In this document: positions 1-9,620 of the stretch, one piece after another
How the letters are laid out: every line of letters starts with the position of its first letter
How positions within the stretch are numbered: position 1 is the first letter of the stretch
Origin: Myxococcales bacterium
GTDB taxonomy: Bacteria > Myxococcota_A > Polyangia > Polyangiales > DASUME01
Direction of reading: 5' to 3'
Assembly (NCBI GenBank): GCA_047601445.1
Contig: JASGJH010000001.1
Coordinates: forward strand, 2,496,001-2,560,000
DNA: 64,000 bases
Position numbers and translations under genes: made by a program
Notes under the pieces: model-generated
Seen by the model: the letters and a program-made list of their open reading frames with translations, nothing else
Database searches by the model: none
What the model was told of the DNA's origin: nothing

Positions 1-242
1 GCGACGTAGCTCGTGAAGGGCCGGGAGGAGTGCACCATGCGTTGCAGCCCTTCGAACACGGCCATGCCGCCGTCGGCCACCAGGTAAAGGCCGACCACCA
101 ACAATACGTTCTCGCTCGATTCCATGGGCACGCTGAGCGCGAAGATGCCGAACATGGCCGCCAGAGCGCCACGTGCGAAGGACATCCAGCGCACGCCTGG
201 CAACCACGGGATGCTGCTCGGTCCGAAGGCGCGCTCTTGCAT
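1..242 (-). CDS. HdeD/DUF308-family membrane protein (partial, runs off window start)
   Basis: Not in the ORF track. My translation from ATG 242 is MQERAFGPSSIPWLPGVRWMSFARGALAAMFGIFALSVP...VVGLYLVADGG, matching the RG.LA...G / G.YL..DG pattern of the 2519..3121 paralog. Confidence 0.7.
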   Translation of the reverse strand, partial: MQERAFGPSSIPWLPGVRWMSFARGALAAMFGIFALSVPMESSENVLLVVGLYLVADGGMAVFEGLQRMVHSSRPFTSYV

Positions 243-324
243 ACTTTGAACTTACCTTGGACTAGCCGTCCTCGCATTGGTGACGAGATCCTAGAAACCG
301 ATCCGAAGAGGGGACGAACACATC

Positions 325-1162
325 ATGACGACGTCAACGATCAGCTCTCGCGCGCCGAATCGAACCCGTCGCGCGCAGCCGCGCACTCCGACGCACGAAG
401 CTGCAACGCCGCTGAACGTGCGCTCCTCGGGGGTGCCGCTGAGCGACAGTACCAAGGCCTGGATCCAGGCACGCAGCAACCGCCAATTCGGGAAGTTCCA
501 GGGGCGCATCCAGCGGGTCACGCTGCGCTTCAAGGACGTCAACGGTCCACGCGGTGGCACCGACATGCTGTGCAGAGCGAAGGTCATGCTGCGAGGACTG
601 CCCACGGTGGTGGTCGAGCAGCGTGCCAAGACGGCGCGCAAAGCGTTCGATTCTCGTTGCCCCGTCGGCGGGGCGAGCCGTCGCCAAGGCGATGGAGCGC
701 GCACCACGGGAGCCTGTTGCGACTGCTACGCCACGCCCCAAGCGCACGACTCGCAGTGTGCAGACCGCGGTGCGGATGACCACGCGGCCGCCGCGCAACC
801 CCAAAGGCAGCTTGATCGGTCGACGCGTGGGCCAGGGCGCGACCAACCTGGCGCGGGCCGCAGACCGACCGGAGAAGCGTCGGCGCGACGTGCCGGTCGA
901 CACGTCGTTGCCCGGTGTGAGCGCGTCGCACCGCAAGGTGGGCGCGGAGTCCACCGCCACACGCAACACCAAGGTGAATCGCCGCGGCATGACCGCCGCG
1001 CTCGAGGATTCGGCCACCGGCAGTCCATCTCGGAAGAGCACGCGCCGCAGCCAGAACCGGGCCAAGTCCGGATCCAAGCAGGGGCGCCGAGAGACCCAGC
1101 GTCTCAAGAGCCCGCAGGCACGAGCACGCCGGGCCTCCGCACGCAGCGCGCGCACGCGCTGA
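325..1162 (+). CDS. HPF/RaiA-like ribosome-associated protein with long basic C-terminal extension (apparent +1 frameshift at ~652)
   Basis: The N-terminal part has the HPF-like motif RIQRVTLRFKDVNGPRGGTDMLC. Removing one T at ~652 joins AFD to LVAPSAGRAVAKAMER in the 554..1162 frame, which ends in an Arg/Lys/Ser-rich tail. Confidence 0.7.
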
Positions 1163-1275
1163 ACTCGCTCGCCTCCACTCCCCTTTTCTCAGCCCCTGGC
1201 GGTTGGCTGGCGCGCTTGCACTCGGTGGGGCGCGCCAGCAGCCTCGCTGCATGCACGTCGGCATCCCCTGCGTGC

Positions 1276-2427
1276 TTAGCCGACCCAACCGCCCGTGAAC
1301 AGACTCAGCAGTTGGAGCCAGTCCTCCTTGGGCACGCGCGTGACCATGACCGGCACCAGCGGCAACAGAGTCGCTACCAGCAGCTTGATCATGTCTCTCT
1401 TGTCGAACATCACCACGCGCATTTTCTCCACGGTCTCTCGATAGCTGCTCACCGTGGCCGCGAGCCCCTGCACTTCCAAACCGAACGCGCGACTGCCGCA
1501 GCCTCGCCCTTCGATCCAGCGCCGATGGAAGCGTCGCCCTGCCTCGGCGGCCATTCCAGACACTTCGATCAGCCCTTCTCGCCGCGCCTTGTAGAGCAGT
1601 GGGCTGAACAGCAAGAGCGGACCGAAGGCCACCAACGTGGCCAGCGTGCCGAACAGCGCCAGCAGCGGCTTGAAGCTGGACAGGGAGCCGCCGAGGTCGA
1701 TGCGCGAGCCCCACTCGGTGCACAGCACGCTGGTGGCCGCGAACAAGAGCATCGCGCAGTAGTCCACGGAGGGCAGGCGAAGAAACGCGATGCCTCCGCA
1801 GCGATCCGGGTGCGTGGGGACCAGCGCGAGCTTGAGCCGCGACAAGCTCACCAGCACCCGCATCCAGACCAGCCAGCGCCAGAGAGAGCGCCAGAGCAGG
1901 AACTGAAACAGCGGCACGTCGACCAGCGCATACCAAGTTTGGGCAGGCGTCAGCGGAGCGTGCAGCACGAAGCCGTTCACTGGAATGTGGCCGAGCAGGG
2001 AGAACACGCCGACCGTCGCTCCGAGCAGCGCGAGCAGCACTTCGGGCAGCATGGAGTCGGTCAGCCGTACAGCGGCCCGCAACGCGCACTCGAAGCGTGG
2101 CTGCGACTCGGGTGGGACGAAGCCGTGCTGCATCAGGAGCTCGAGCACGTGGCGACACACCTTGGGAAACACATGGTCGAGTACCAACAGCATCGGCACC
2201 GCAACCAGCAGGCGCACGTGCATCGCGGCGTGGTAGAAGAGCGGCTCACGCTGACCGGTGGCGAACTCGCGGGCCACGCTGAGCAGGCTGATTGGGACCC
2301 ACGTGAGCATGAACGCCCACACGAGCTGGGAGCGCGTCTGGGTTAGCCGGCAGACCGCCTCCACGCGACGCAGGAGACCGCCCTCGCCCAACCGGTACTC
2401 CAACACGAGGATGACGTCGGACGGCAC
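1276..2427 (-). CDS. Conserved multi-pass membrane protein of unknown function
   Basis: 383-aa ORF with several hydrophobic segments and an LVPTHPDRCGGIAFL loop motif; GC3-rich codons. Confidence 0.75.
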   Translation of the reverse strand: MPSDVILVLEYRLGEGGLLRRVEAVCRLTQTRSQLVWAFMLTWVPISLLSVAREFATGQREPLFYHAAMHVRLLVAVPMLLVLDHVFPKVCRHVLELLMQHGFVPPESQPRFECALRAAVRLTDSMLPEVLLALLGATVGVFSLLGHIPVNGFVLHAPLTPAQTWYALVDVPLFQFLLWRSLWRWLVWMRVLVSLSRLKLALVPTHPDRCGGIAFLRLPSVDYCAMLLFAATSVLCTEWGSRIDLGGSLSSFKPLLALFGTLATLVAFGPLLLFSPLLYKARREGLIEVSGMAAEAGRRFHRRWIEGRGCGSRAFGLEVQGLAATVSSYRETVEKMRVVMFDKRDMIKLLVATLLPLVPVMVTRVPKEDWLQLLSLFTGGWVG

Positions 2428-2434
2428 GCTCGCC

Positions 2435-2505
2435 TTTCTCCGCTCGCGCGCCCGAGGGTGCGCTTTGCTGCGACCCGCTCGCGCGCCCCGAAGGCGCGCT
2501 TCGAC
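2435..2505 (-). repeat. Two degenerate copies of a REP-like palindromic unit (family of the 29330 tandem repeat)
   Basis: The minus strand reads GTCGAAGCGCGCCTTCGGGGCGCGCGAGCGG and AAGCGCACCCTCGGGCGCGCGAGCGGAGAAA, versus GTCGAAGCGCGCCCTCGGGCGCGCGAGCAGAGAAA at 29321. Confidence 0.65.
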
Positions 2506-2518
2506 CCACCGTGCGGGC

Positions 2519-3121
2519 TCAACCTCGGGCGTGCGTCAGCGGCGGATGCATGGCCCCGCTCGGCATCTTGAGTGCCGAGCCGAACAGCGCGATACCGAAC
2601 ACCAACCCGTAGATACCGAGCAGCCACACCAGGGCGAGCAGACCGCCCGTGGGGTTCAGCAACAGCAGGATGCCGAACGCGAGCGAGGCACCACCCGCGA
2701 TCCAGAAAGGCCACTCGGCGGCCCCGGTCTCGCGGCTAAACATGCGACCGGCGGCGATCTCGGCGACTCCGGTCCCCAGGCAACGCACGGCGAGCAAGAA
2801 CAGCGCGCCCACGGCGAATGCGGCCGGCTTGCCGAGCGCGAGCACACCGACGGCGACGCTCAGGACTCCGTCGAACAGATAGGGCCAGGCGCTCTCGTTC
2901 TTTTTGAACAGGTGGATCACCGCGGTAATCAGCGCGAACGCACCGTCGACCAACAAGTACGCCCCCACGAAGGCGATCACCGTGCCGAGTGTCTTACTCG
3001 GGAACGCCAGCGCCAGAAGCCCCAGGATGGCCGCCAGGATCCCGCGCAGCACCAGCATGGGCCGCGAGCGGCGGTGCCCTTCGATCTCCCGGGCGGTGAA
3101 GCGATACTCGATCACATCCAT
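2519..3121 (-). CDS. HdeD/DUF308-family membrane protein
   Basis: Two repeated hydrophobic units (LRGILAAILGLLAL..P, VGAYLLVDG, WLLGIYGLVFG). Confidence 0.85.
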   Translation of the reverse strand: MDVIEYRFTAREIEGHRRSRPMLVLRGILAAILGLLALAFPSKTLGTVIAFVGAYLLVDGAFALITAVIHLFKKNESAWPYLFDGVLSVAVGVLALGKPAAFAVGALFLLAVRCLGTGVAEIAAGRMFSRETGAAEWPFWIAGGASLAFGILLLLNPTGGLLALVWLLGIYGLVFGIALFGSALKMPSGAMHPPLTHARG

Positions 3122-3267
3122 GCTCTACTCCGTTCTGCAGAGACCGGCGGGCGCAGCAGCCCGATACCGTGTCCGTAGTTGTCCCCGCAGGTCGCGCTCG
3201 CTAGTCCGGGACGGTGACCCGGCTGCCAGTTAGCGGAAGGCACGACCATCGGTCAGTTTGAAGTCAA

Positions 3268-3930
3268 ATGCCCACTTCGAGCCTGCACTCACACGAGCCG
3301 CGCTCGTCCCTCGTGCTGCGGAGCCCCGCTCTGGCACTGACGGCTGTCGCAGCGCTATTGGTCCTGGCCTGGCTAATCTGGAACGGCGACGCGGTGACGG
3401 CCTTCAAGCAGGAGGCCGGCCCCGTCACGTTCTTCGCGACCATGACGATTCTCCCGGCGCTGGGCTTTCCCATCACTCCGTTCTTCGTGATGGCAGGCGC
3501 GGCCTTCGGCTCTCGGGTCGGTCTCGTGGGATCGGCTGTGGCTTTGAGCCTGAATCTGGCGCTCTGCTACTGGATTGCACGCAGCGGTCTGCGGCGCGTC
3601 ATCGTCGCGCTCTTGGAGCGCTTCGACTATCGGATTCCGGACTTCGAGCGGGAGTCGCGTGGCGCGTTGCGCTTCGTGATGTTGACCAAGCTGACACCTG
3701 GGCTGCCAGCATTCATGAAGAGCTACCTGCTCGGCTTGGTGGGCGTGCCATTCTGGACTTTCTTCGCGGCGTCGCTCCTCCTTACCGGCGCTTACGCGCT
3801 GCTCCTCGTGTACGTGGGCGATACGCTGCGCGAGCACGAGCTCAACCATTTGATCGTGCTCGCCATCGTGCTGGTGCTGCTCGCCGTGGGACTGCACGTA
3901 TGGCGCAAACGACGAGCACGCCTCGCCTAA
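3268..3930 (+). CDS. DedA/VTT (TVP38/TMEM64) family membrane protein
   Basis: FPITPFFVMAGAAFG and KLTPGLP...SYLLGL..VPFWTF motifs typical of the SNARE-associated/VTT domain. Confidence 0.85.
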   Translation: MPTSSLHSHEPRSSLVLRSPALALTAVAALLVLAWLIWNGDAVTAFKQEAGPVTFFATMTILPALGFPITPFFVMAGAAFGSRVGLVGSAVALSLNLALCYWIARSGLRRVIVALLERFDYRIPDFERESRGALRFVMLTKLTPGLPAFMKSYLLGLVGVPFWTFFAASLLLTGAYALLLVYVGDTLREHELNHLIVLAIVLVLLAVGLHVWRKRRARLA

Positions 3931-3985
3931 AAGCCACGACCGTTTACGCGTGCGCGCTGCGGTTTCCGGGGCCAGGGTGGAAGAC

Positions 3986-5485
3986 ATGGACGTGCAAATC
4001 GTGCAAGGCGGGGCCGCGGCAGTACGCACGGGCCTCTTGGTTCTGGGCATCTACTCGGAGGGCGCCCCACCGACGGCCGCGCAGGAGGTCGAGCAGGCTA
4101 CCCGCGGCAAGCTGTCGGCGCTGCTCAAGCGCGGCGACCTGGCCGAAAAGGCGGGCTCGACCTTGCTGCTGATGGACGTCCCCGAGATTGCTGCCGAGCG
4201 CGTGTTGCTGGTAAGCCTCGGCAAGCGCAGCGTCTTCGACGACAGAGCTTACCTGAGTGCGCTGCGCGAGACGGGCCGTGCACTCTCCACGACAGCCTCC
4301 TCGAGCGCGGCGGTCGCGCTGGCCGACGTGGACCTGCCGGATCGCTCGCTAACCTGGCGCGTGCAGCAGGCTGCGCTGCTGTTGTCGGACGGACTGTACC
4401 GCTTCGACGCACCGCGGAGGGTCCCTGGCGGCAACGCACGTGGCGTGCAGGAGATCAGCTTGCTGGTCAGCGAAGAAGTCGACGACGCCGTGAGGCGCGC
4501 TGCGGAGCGAGGCGCGGCGATCGCCAAGGGCATGGCCCTGACCAAAGACCTCGGCAATCTGCCCGGCAACGTGTGCAACCCGAGCTACCTCGCGGACACC
4601 GCCAAGTCGCTCGGCAAGGAGCTCAGGTTCGATGTGGAGATCCTGGAGCGCTCCGACATGGAGCGGCTGGGCATGGCCTCGGCGCTGTCGGTGGGTCGCG
4701 CCTCGGCGCAGCCCTGCAAGTTCATCGTGATGAACTATCAAGGCGCCAACAAGGAAAAGCCGGTCGTGCTGGTGGGCAAGGGCGTGACCTTCGACACGGG
4801 GGGCGTGTCGCTCAAGCCAGGCGCCAACATGGACGAAATGAAATACGACATGTGCGGTGCTGCGGCGGTCTTCGGTGCGATGAAGACGGCGGCGAGCCTG
4901 CAGTTGCCCATCAACCTGATCGCCATCGTGCCGGCGGTCGAGAACATGCCTGGTGGCGACGCGACCCGTCCCGGCGATGTGGTCAAGTCGATGTCCGGGC
5001 TCACCATCGAGATTCTCGATACGGACGCCGAAGGTCGCTTGATCTTGTGCGACGCGCTGACCTATGCCGAGCGCTTCAAGCCCGGCTGCGTGGTAGACGT
5101 GGCGACCTTGACCGGAGCCTGCGTGATCGCGCTGGGCAACGTGACGAGCGGGCTGTTCGCCAACGACGACGGCTTGGCCGAAGAACTCTTCGACTGTGGA
5201 CAGGACATCGGGGACAAGGCTTGGCGCCTTCCGCTCTACGACGAGTACCTGGAGCAGCTCAGCAGCAATTTCGCCGACACGAGCAACCTCGGTGGGAACG
5301 CCGCTGGCGCCGTGACCGCGGCCTGCTTCCTCGGACGCTTCACCAAGAACTACAAATGGGCTCACCTGGACATCGCCGGCACCAGCGCGATCTCCGGGCC
5401 CGAGAAGGGCGCCACCGGTCGTCCCGTGCCGCTGCTTTCGGAGTTCCTGTTCCGACGCGCCGATGGGTCCCGCGCCTACGCCTGA
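3986..5485 (+). CDS. pepA: Leucyl aminopeptidase (M17)
   Basis: VGKGVTFDTGG, MKYDMCGAA, DTDAEGRL, DVATLTGA and WAHLDIAGT motifs; ATG 3986 chosen as start. Confidence 0.95.
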   Translation: MDVQIVQGGAAAVRTGLLVLGIYSEGAPPTAAQEVEQATRGKLSALLKRGDLAEKAGSTLLLMDVPEIAAERVLLVSLGKRSVFDDRAYLSALRETGRALSTTASSSAAVALADVDLPDRSLTWRVQQAALLLSDGLYRFDAPRRVPGGNARGVQEISLLVSEEVDDAVRRAAERGAAIAKGMALTKDLGNLPGNVCNPSYLADTAKSLGKELRFDVEILERSDMERLGMASALSVGRASAQPCKFIVMNYQGANKEKPVVLVGKGVTFDTGGVSLKPGANMDEMKYDMCGAAAVFGAMKTAASLQLPINLIAIVPAVENMPGGDATRPGDVVKSMSGLTIEILDTDAEGRLILCDALTYAERFKPGCVVDVATLTGACVIALGNVTSGLFANDDGLAEELFDCGQDIGDKAWRLPLYDEYLEQLSSNFADTSNLGGNAAGAVTAACFLGRFTKNYKWAHLDIAGTSAISGPEKGATGRPVPLLSEFLFRRADGSRAYA

Positions 5486-5524
5486 GCTGCCCGGGCTGCC
5501 CGCGCCTCACCTGAACGGTCCACC

Positions 5525-6520
5525 ATGCTCATGCAAACGCAAGAAGACCAGGGTCCTTCACCGATCTCGACGGGCCGACTTCCGCCGTCCGATCAGGTGC
5601 AGGCCTTGATCGACGAGGCCTATCGGCGCTTCCGACTCGATCGCGAAGGCGCCGTGTCGCAGACCTACCCTGCGCTGGCGGAGGTCCCGCCAGACCTGTT
5701 CGGCCTGTGCCTGGTGTCGACCCACGGCGAGGTCTTCGGGGCGGGAGACTTCGAGCGCGAGTTCGTGATCATGAGCGTGTCCAAACCCTTCGTGTTCGCG
5801 CTGATGTGCCAGCAGCTCGGGGCGCGCGTCGTGAGAGAGCTGATCGGCGTGAACGGCACGGGTCTGCCGTTCAACTCACTGGCGGCCGTGGAGTACTCGC
5901 CCGACGGACGCACCAACCCGATGGTGAACGCGGGAGCCATCGCCACCACGGCGCTCGCACCGGGAGGCTCCCGTGAAGCGCGCTGGGAGTTCTTGCGAGA
6001 AGGCTTGTCGCGCTTCGCGGGCCGGGAACTCGGGCTCAATCAGGGGATTCTGACGTGTGCCTTGCAGTCCAACGACCGCAACCACGGACTGGCACGACTG
6101 CTGAACAGCCTGGGGCGGTTGCAGGGGGACCCCACCGAGGCGGTGGAGCTCTACACGAGTCAATGTTCGCTCGACGTGAGCGCCCGGGATCTCGCCGTGA
6201 TGGGTGCCACACTGGCCGACGGCGGCGTCAACCCACTGACGAAGCGACGCGTCCTGGATCAGGAGGTTTGCCACTACACCCTGGCCGTGATGACCATCGC
6301 GGGACTCTACGAGACATCGGGCGATTGGCTCTACGACGTGGGAGTCCCGGGCAAGAGCGGCATCGGCGGAGGGCTGGTGACGTCCGTGCCAGGCAAGGGC
6401 GGCCTCGGCAGCTTTGGCCCGCGTCTCGACGCGGCGGGCAACAGCGTCAAGGGCGGGCTCTCCGCAAGGTTCCTCTCGCAGCGGCTCGCACTAGATCTCT
6501 TTGCTTCCAAACCCGAGTAG
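5525..6520 (+). CDS. glsA: Glutaminase A
   Basis: Catalytic SVSK, NPMVNAGAI, GLYETSG and PGKSGIGGG motifs, plus LDAAGNSVKG. Confidence 0.95.
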   Translation: MLMQTQEDQGPSPISTGRLPPSDQVQALIDEAYRRFRLDREGAVSQTYPALAEVPPDLFGLCLVSTHGEVFGAGDFEREFVIMSVSKPFVFALMCQQLGARVVRELIGVNGTGLPFNSLAAVEYSPDGRTNPMVNAGAIATTALAPGGSREARWEFLREGLSRFAGRELGLNQGILTCALQSNDRNHGLARLLNSLGRLQGDPTEAVELYTSQCSLDVSARDLAVMGATLADGGVNPLTKRRVLDQEVCHYTLAVMTIAGLYETSGDWLYDVGVPGKSGIGGGLVTSVPGKGGLGSFGPRLDAAGNSVKGGLSARFLSQRLALDLFASKPE

Positions 6521-6580
6521 CCGAAACACGACATCGGCACTTTCTTTCGGATCCATCACGACGACGAACGCGAGGGCCTC

Positions 6581-7786
6581 ATGTGGAAGAACTCAGGAGC
6601 TGCCTTCGCTCTCTTGCTCATGTGGGGCGCCTGCGCGCACGTCGTGCCCGAGCGCGCCCGCGAGGCCAACGTGGGCGGCAGGCCCACCGGGATCACCCGA
6701 GCCGAACTCCAGCAGTCCCTCCAGCGCCTCACAGGAACGATGTCTCAACGCCTGGCGCAGGCCTCGGAGCCGTTCCACACGTCCGACGACCCGCGCGTGA
6801 CCGAGCAGGCCCTGCGTCGGACACTCCTCTACAATGCCTCGGCCCTGGACATCGCGAGTGGCCCCAAGCCCGAGGTCAACCTGCTCGACATGTTGGTGTT
6901 CGCCTCGCTGACGCGGCAGGCCTTCCAGAACTACTGGATGCCCGAGGTTTTCGGCCCCGAAGGCGAGCCCATGTTGCGGGCGCTGGCCGGCTCCGAGGCC
7001 GAGGTCTGGGGTCTGGCGGACAACCTGCTCAGCGCCGAGCAGCGGGCCGATGTGCGCGAGTACATCCGGGAATGGCAAGCCTCGCACCCCGACCAGGTGC
7101 AGGTGGAAGCCGTGCGCCTTTCGGAGTTCGCCAAGCAGGCCGGTAAGAGCGCCCAGGCTCGCAAGACACGCGGTCTGTTGCGCAGTGTCCAACTCGCCGC
7201 CAAGACCGGGGACGACGCGGTGCTGCTCGGCGAGCGCGCGCTGTTCTTGGGCCAGCGCGTGCCGTTCTTGCTGCGTAGCCAGGCACGCCTGGGGGCGATG
7301 GAAGTACTGGGGGACAGCCTGGGTCAGATCGAGCGCGTGGAGACGCTGTTGAATCGCAGCGAGGCGCTGCTCGGGCAGGTCAATGAGCTGAAGCCGACGC
7401 TGGCCGAGGCGAGCGCACTCACGGAGCGCACCGAGAGAGCGTTGAGCGAGGCGCGCGAGTTGGTGACGAGCATTCAGCCGGTGCTGCAAACCTTGACGCC
7501 TCTGCTGCAAAAGCGCGGCGAGCTCACTTCCGAAGAGATCACGCGCGCAGAATGGCTCGCCGAGAACTCTCGGCGTATCTCGGATAATGCTGTGGTCGCC
7601 GTGCGCGAGCTGCGCGAGCTCGCCGCGATCGGCGGGGCGCCCTGGGACGAGGCCCAGCGTCGACTCGATGGCAGCGTGCTGCGCTGGCTGGCAGGACTCG
7701 CGGTGGTGGGTGTGATTCGGATCGTGACGCTCTGTGCAGGCTACGTGACCGTCAAGCGCGCGCTCGCCAGGCGGGGCCCGCCGTGA
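6581..7786 (+). CDS. Hypothetical lipoprotein with coiled-coil region and C-terminal membrane anchor
   Basis: Signal peptide ending WGAC, NLLDMLVFASLTR segment, heptad-like helical region and C-terminal hydrophobic stretch. Confidence 0.7.
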   Translation: MWKNSGAAFALLLMWGACAHVVPERAREANVGGRPTGITRAELQQSLQRLTGTMSQRLAQASEPFHTSDDPRVTEQALRRTLLYNASALDIASGPKPEVNLLDMLVFASLTRQAFQNYWMPEVFGPEGEPMLRALAGSEAEVWGLADNLLSAEQRADVREYIREWQASHPDQVQVEAVRLSEFAKQAGKSAQARKTRGLLRSVQLAAKTGDDAVLLGERALFLGQRVPFLLRSQARLGAMEVLGDSLGQIERVETLLNRSEALLGQVNELKPTLAEASALTERTERALSEARELVTSIQPVLQTLTPLLQKRGELTSEEITRAEWLAENSRRISDNAVVAVRELRELAAIGGAPWDEAQRRLDGSVLRWLAGLAVVGVIRIVTLCAGYVTVKRALARRGPP

Positions 7787-7810
7787 GCTCGACGAAACGG
7801 CGTGGAGCGC

Positions 7811-8815
7811 TCACCACACGTAGTTGATGACCGGGCTGAAGAGCAGCGCGGACTCGGAGCTACCGAGATCACAGCGTACCGACAGCCCCAGGTCGAACCC
7901 CGGCCGACCCGAGTAGTAGAGAGCGAGCTCGAGTTGCCCACGACTGGTCCCGCTCGGCTGCAACGCGGCCACGAAAGGCGGCGTCTGGCTAAGGTCGTGC
8001 ATCAAGCGCCCGCCCACCAGAATGCTGACTGGAACACGAACCTGATTGAGATCGAAGGAGCCTCCCAGCGCCACATCGAGCGTGGTGTAGGTCTGGGCGC
8101 CAGTGCGTTCGCGCGTCTGCGTGTCGACGCTCAGGGCCAGGCTGGTTTGCAGGCCGAACCAGCGCGCGACGCCGACGGCCAGGTTGAGGGACGGCCGAAC
8201 ACGATACAGGCGACCGCTGTCCACGATGCGGGACGTGTGAAAGGGCAGCCGAGTGAGAGAGATGCGCACGTCCTGCAGGGCGCGCCGCGGCACGATGGTC
8301 TGAAAGCGCTGTTCCTCGCCGTCGACGCGCGCCGAGAAATAGAATGCGCCGCGCTCGAGCAAGCGCGTCACCAGCCCGATCCTGCCGCCGTAGGCATAGC
8401 TGGCGCCGGTCCCGAGGATGCCGTCGAGGTCGGTTGCCGATGCGGTGCTACCGAGCAGATTGCCTTCGATGCCGAGCCAACGCAGGAGTGCCCACTCGAA
8501 CAGAAAGTTCTCTTGCAGCGTGACCAGGGTCTCGCTGTTGCCAGCGTCGCGCTGCACCCACAGTGCGCCTGCCGAGGTGACCGCTGCGAACCGCGTGGTG
8601 ACGAGCGGCCAGGTCACCACCTGAAAGGGGATGAAGCGGTGCCCATTCAGCATCCGCGCAGGGGCAACACGGGCCGCCTCACAGACCTCCGGGCATTCAG
8701 GACTGCCCGGTGCGCGCTCGGCTCCTTCATCGGCCTGCGCCGGCTGCTCCGCGCAAAGGAGCGGGAGGATGACGGCGAGGCACGAAAGCCACGCGGCGAG
8801 TGGCCGAGTCCCCAT
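7811..8815 (-). CDS. Hypothetical secreted protein, probable outer-membrane beta-barrel
   Basis: N-terminal signal peptide, alternating amphipathic strands and terminal aromatic residue (INYVW). Confidence 0.6.
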   Translation of the reverse strand: MGTRPLAAWLSCLAVILPLLCAEQPAQADEGAERAPGSPECPEVCEAARVAPARMLNGHRFIPFQVVTWPLVTTRFAAVTSAGALWVQRDAGNSETLVTLQENFLFEWALLRWLGIEGNLLGSTASATDLDGILGTGASYAYGGRIGLVTRLLERGAFYFSARVDGEEQRFQTIVPRRALQDVRISLTRLPFHTSRIVDSGRLYRVRPSLNLAVGVARWFGLQTSLALSVDTQTRERTGAQTYTTLDVALGGSFDLNQVRVPVSILVGGRLMHDLSQTPPFVAALQPSGTSRGQLELALYYSGRPGFDLGLSVRCDLGSSESALLFSPVINYVW

Positions 8816-8976
8816 GTATCCGCTCCGCAGAAGCCTCTAGGAAGCTGTGCTGAGCCGGGCGAACCTGCAAGGCCGAAGAGAACTTGCTCCCAGGCCGCGG
8901 ACGGTCCCGCGTCGTCGGGCAGGGACTTGCTGGATGGCTGGCGCGCGTGCAACGAAGCGCGCCCACCCCACAACCG

Positions 8977-9544
8977 TCAGAGGATGGGCGACTCGGCGAC
9001 CTGGCCGCAGGTGTTGGCCTTCTGCGAGCACACGCTGGCGGCTTGCTGATTCTTGGCGCGCTTCCCGCATCGCGCCCTCGTCGCCCGCACGGCGACAGGA
9101 GAGGCGATCGAGGATGTCGTACACGAAGTTGAGGTTCACGTTCACGCAGCCCTCGAGCTCGACCACGCTGCTCTCGCAGGTATTGAGGCTCGCCACGCAC
9201 GCAGCCTCGTTTTGAACGCGGGCGCTCACGTTGCCCGTGACGATGAAGTTCTCGGTGCAGTCCGCGAGGTACGCCTCACAACTCTGCTCGGTGGTGCCGC
9301 CCAGCAGTAGCGACGTGGGCAGACACACCGCCCGAGCCACCTGGTTCAGGTCCAGATAGGCGTCCACATGGGCCCCGTAGGTCTCGCAGATCTTGTGCTT
9401 GTCTTCGGTCGACAGCTCGGACACCGGGGCGTCGGACTTCACGCCGCTCTTGTAGGGCGGTGGGTCGCGATCGTCGTCGCCGCAGGCCGCGGCAGCAAGG
9501 ACCAGGAGTCCGATCGAGGAGGCGTAGGCAAGGGAGGTCTTCAT
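8977..9544 (-). CDS. Cys-rich lipoprotein (apparent frameshift at ~9055-9070)
   Basis: MKTS...LAAAAC lipobox and multiple Cys. The alternate frame gives AKNQQAASVCSQKANTCGQVAESPIL* with GC3-rich codons; the span is 3n+1. Confidence 0.65.
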
Positions 9545-9620
9545 CGGGGCGACCTTCTCCCATCTCGGGCCGCCGCGCAACCTGGCGGGTCCCCCGGGTC
9601 ATGCTTGGAGGCCTCCGGAA

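Noticed and set aside
325..2346. 673-aa ORF on the + strand
   Set aside because: Only the first ~109 codons are HPF-like. The rest is out-of-frame read-through and antisense to the 1276..2427 gene.
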